Assembly: GCA_963662285.2 (NCBI GenBank)
Contig: CAXXMV010000006.1
Location: 320,001-384,000, forward strand
Origin: a bacterium
Lineage (GTDB): Bacteria > Hinthialibacterota > Hinthialibacteria > Hinthialibacterales > Hinthialibacteraceae
Reading direction: 5' to 3'
DNA: 64,000 bases
The position numbers and the translations under genes are program-made. This document shows, piece after piece, positions 61,576 through 64,000 of the stretch. Within the stretch, counting starts at the first letter, position 1. Each line of letters starts with the position of its first letter. Under the pieces are notes generated by a model. The model had not been told where the DNA came from. It saw nothing but the letters and a program-made list of their open reading frames with translations, and ran no database searches.

Positions 61576-64000
61576 TTTCAAATTGGCGCTTGTGATTGGC
61601 GGATTGCTTTCGGTTCTGACCGTTGCGTCTTTCGCCCAAGATAATATGGATCGTCAAGGCCCGGTCATTTTCGTCGGGCTGGTGGGAGATGGCGCGTCCG
61701 GCAACAGCAAGGTGCTTCTGCGCTGGTATTCGACGCTTGGCGAAATCCCCTTCAGTAAATTCTCGGTCTATCGTAAACCGGGCGATCCCCACGATCCCGG
61801 AACGTTTACCAAAATCACGGCGACGGAGAAACTAAGAAATATTCCCTTGATCCGAAGCATCTTTGAACGACCGGGTGAAGAGGAGATACTGGCGGATATT
61901 ATTGATGTGCTCAGCGCCATGAGTAACACTGCTATCACTGTGGACAACTACGCTCAACAATTGATTGCACTGCTTGATGGTGAAGATTCCTGCGATTCCT
62001 GTATGGCGCAGGGAAGGCTTTTGGCTCAATTAAACTATGGGGTTTCGATTATTGAGGGCTTGGGCTATCTAGACCGCGTCTCACCAACAAAATACACCTA
62101 CGAACTTCGTACTTCCACCTCTCTGGGAACAGATGATCTAGTCATCGGTCGCATCACTATCGACGCCTCAACCAATACTGAACTGCCTGCGCCGGAGTCT
62201 CCCGATGAGGTGATAATCAATGGCATCCGGGGCGACCGGAAAATATTTCTCCGCTGGGGCGCTTCGGAAGATTTGTCGCTGAACGCGCCGCTTCACTTCG
62301 GTTACAACGTCTACCGGAGCGACGGGGCGATCTCTATGACCGACACGTTTGAAAGCCTGGAGAGCGCTGGACAACTTCAAAAAATAAACCGTCTGCCAAT
62401 TATGCTCAATAATTCAGCAGTGACGGAACGGGATGAAAGTGAACGCTATGATTTCATGGACGACAATCTCTCCTTTGATCCAGAGGGACGCTTGGGAGAT
62501 CGATTTGTTGTCGGCGATCAATATACTTATTGGATAGCGGCGCGCGATTTACTTGGACGCCATGGTGCGCCAAGCGATCCCATTATCGTGACTATCGAGG
62601 ATCGTCGTCCTCCGGCCATACCGCGCGGTTTGAAGGCTGTTGAAGAGCAGTTCGGTGCGGACCGGAGAATCAACCTCGTTTGGAACGCTAATACAGATGG
62701 TGATACAGTCGCCTATCATATTTACCGCTACCGTTGGTATCACCACACCGGACGAACCGGATCTTTTACCGATGAAGGCCTGGATTACGGCGGTTTATCG
62801 GAAGGCTATCTGACCACGGTTCTCCATACCGCCAGTGATACTGTGTCATACCGCGATACGGATGTCGGTTTGTCTGACCACGAAAGTAAAGCGTTTTGGT
62901 ACTGCGTGTCCGCTATCGATGCGTCTGACAACAGCAGTCCGCTATCGCCTCCCGTACGCGGCGTCCTCTACGACCGTGACGCTCCATCCCGTCCGAAAAC
63001 AATCCAAATCTGCACGACCCGCTTTGTCTGCGAGCCAAAATTCGAGTTGCTCAGTCAAACTGAGATTAAAACCGATACGACGATTGTTTTCCATTTAGAA
63101 CGAATGGATCAGCGAATCATTGAAACCAAAGTCGTAAAAATAGATAATTCGTTGAAATCACTTTTACACCAGGAAATTTTCAGCAAAAACAACGTTCAGA
63201 CCGCAACGGATACGATCCACAGCAGCGTAACTGGCGAAGGAATGGAAATAAATTACTATTTCTCCTTCAAAACGGTTCTGGGTGAATGGTGCGGCCCCTA
63301 TGAACTGCCCAGGAACTTGTTGGACTTGCTGAAGCATAACTCTAAAAAGCAGTTCGACATTCATGTCCCGATCTACCTGCATCCGGATGCAATCTGCTCG
63401 GATGCAACAATATCTGATCGTTTGCCGCATGTATCATCAGTCGATGGCGGCGCGTCTCCCTTAACCGTTACCGTCACCTTAACCGATGACGCCGAAGGGG
63501 CGATACTCTACCGTGCTGAAGACTGCACCGACTTCCACCGCGTCATTACCGAACGCGCTGCAGAAGGCGAAACTTCGGTTACGTTGGTGGATACCATCCG
63601 CCCCGGATCGACTTCGATAATATGCTATGGCGTACGTCTTTATGATGGCAGCGGCAACCTTAGCGGGATGACCTATCTCGAAAGTCGCGTCGTCTTTGCC
63701 GGCAATGAATCCGTTGTTCCAACTGTTGACGCTATTACATCAGCCGGAACTGATGCTTCACCCGAAGTGCAGATCCGCTGGTTTGGCCCATCCGAAGGGA
63801 TATCCGGTTACCGGATTCACTTTGCTACCGGATCATTCGCAAAATCCGGCGTCTTTGGCGACAGCGGAATAAACGTCATTAACAGCGCAACCAGTATCTC
63901 GTCAATCCATACAGTGGATGAAATCTACTACAGCGAAGAGACCGGGCTTTGGTCGATTCAGTTGGCCTCGCTTGATGACCTGGGCAATATTCCTTTGCAG
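61568..64000 (+). CDS. Secreted fibronectin-III-repeat protein, 3' end outside the window (absent from the ORF track)
   Basis: MNNFKLALVIGGLLSVLTVASFA-Q signal peptide; KVLLRWY, IFLRWG...GYNVYR and PPAIPRGLKA...INLVWNAN...AYHIYR FN3 motifs; no stop seen; overlaps the upstream stop by 8 nt. Confidence 0.85.
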   Translation, partial: MNNFKLALVIGGLLSVLTVASFAQDNMDRQGPVIFVGLVGDGASGNSKVLLRWYSTLGEIPFSKFSVYRKPGDPHDPGTFTKITATEKLRNIPLIRSIFERPGEEEILADIIDVLSAMSNTAITVDNYAQQLIALLDGEDSCDSCMAQGRLLAQLNYGVSIIEGLGYLDRVSPTKYTYELRTSTSLGTDDLVIGRITIDASTNTELPAPESPDEVIINGIRGDRKIFLRWGASEDLSLNAPLHFGYNVYRSDGAISMTDTFESLESAGQLQKINRLPIMLNNSAVTERDESERYDFMDDNLSFDPEGRLGDRFVVGDQYTYWIAARDLLGRHGAPSDPIIVTIEDRRPPAIPRGLKAVEEQFGADRRINLVWNANTDGDTVAYHIYRYRWYHHTGRTGSFTDEGLDYGGLSEGYLTTVLHTASDTVSYRDTDVGLSDHESKAFWYCVSAIDASDNSSPLSPPVRGVLYDRDAPSRPKTIQICTTRFVCEPKFELLSQTEIKTDTTIVFHLERMDQRIIETKVVKIDNSLKSLLHQEIFSKNNVQTATDTIHSSVTGEGMEINYYFSFKTVLGEWCGPYELPRNLLDLLKHNSKKQFDIHVPIYLHPDAICSDATISDRLPHVSSVDGGASPLTVTVTLTDDAEGAILYRAEDCTDFHRVITERAAEGETSVTLVDTIRPGSTSIICYGVRLYDGSGNLSGMTYLESRVVFAGNESVVPTVDAITSAGTDASPEVQIRWFGPSEGISGYRIHFATGSFAKSGVFGDSGINVINSATSISSIHTVDEIYYSEETGLWSIQLASLDDLGNIPLQ

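Noticed and set aside
61559-63430. Short ORFs listed in the track over the last 2.4 kb
   Set aside because: All overlap the long open plus-strand frame starting at 61568

Overview
Bacterial window with three parts. The pilin-like paralogs and the C-terminal W-x-x-Y motifs suggest a Sumerlaeota/Hinthialibacterota-like lineage, which is an inference. (1) 1-26079 is the right end of an integrative island that ends in a 3' half-copy of tRNA-Arg(UCU) broken at the anticodon loop. It carries an IS66 end, two DUF3102-like genes, two prepilin/GspG-like genes and an SSB / annealing protein / Fe-S PD-(D/E)XK nuclease / UvrD / DUF932 recombination operon. It also carries five sensor kinases. Four of these form one coupled operon, have almost the same transmitter on very different sensors, and are followed by a lone receiver and an IHF/HU gene. 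(2) 26.1-38.7 kb holds two divergent giant lamin-tail/CotH-kinase exoproteins that share a C-terminal TAVxxWx[LI]Y motif, plus fluC/crcB and tRNA-Gly(UCC). (3) 38.9-64 kb holds decayed two-component remnants and a FapA-TPR-pseudokinase-hybrid kinase cluster in which one kinase is split by an ISAzo13-family IS. It ends with a 1543-aa uncharacterised exoprotein coupled to a fibronectin-III protein that runs off the window. All calls come from reading motifs by eye; no searches were run.
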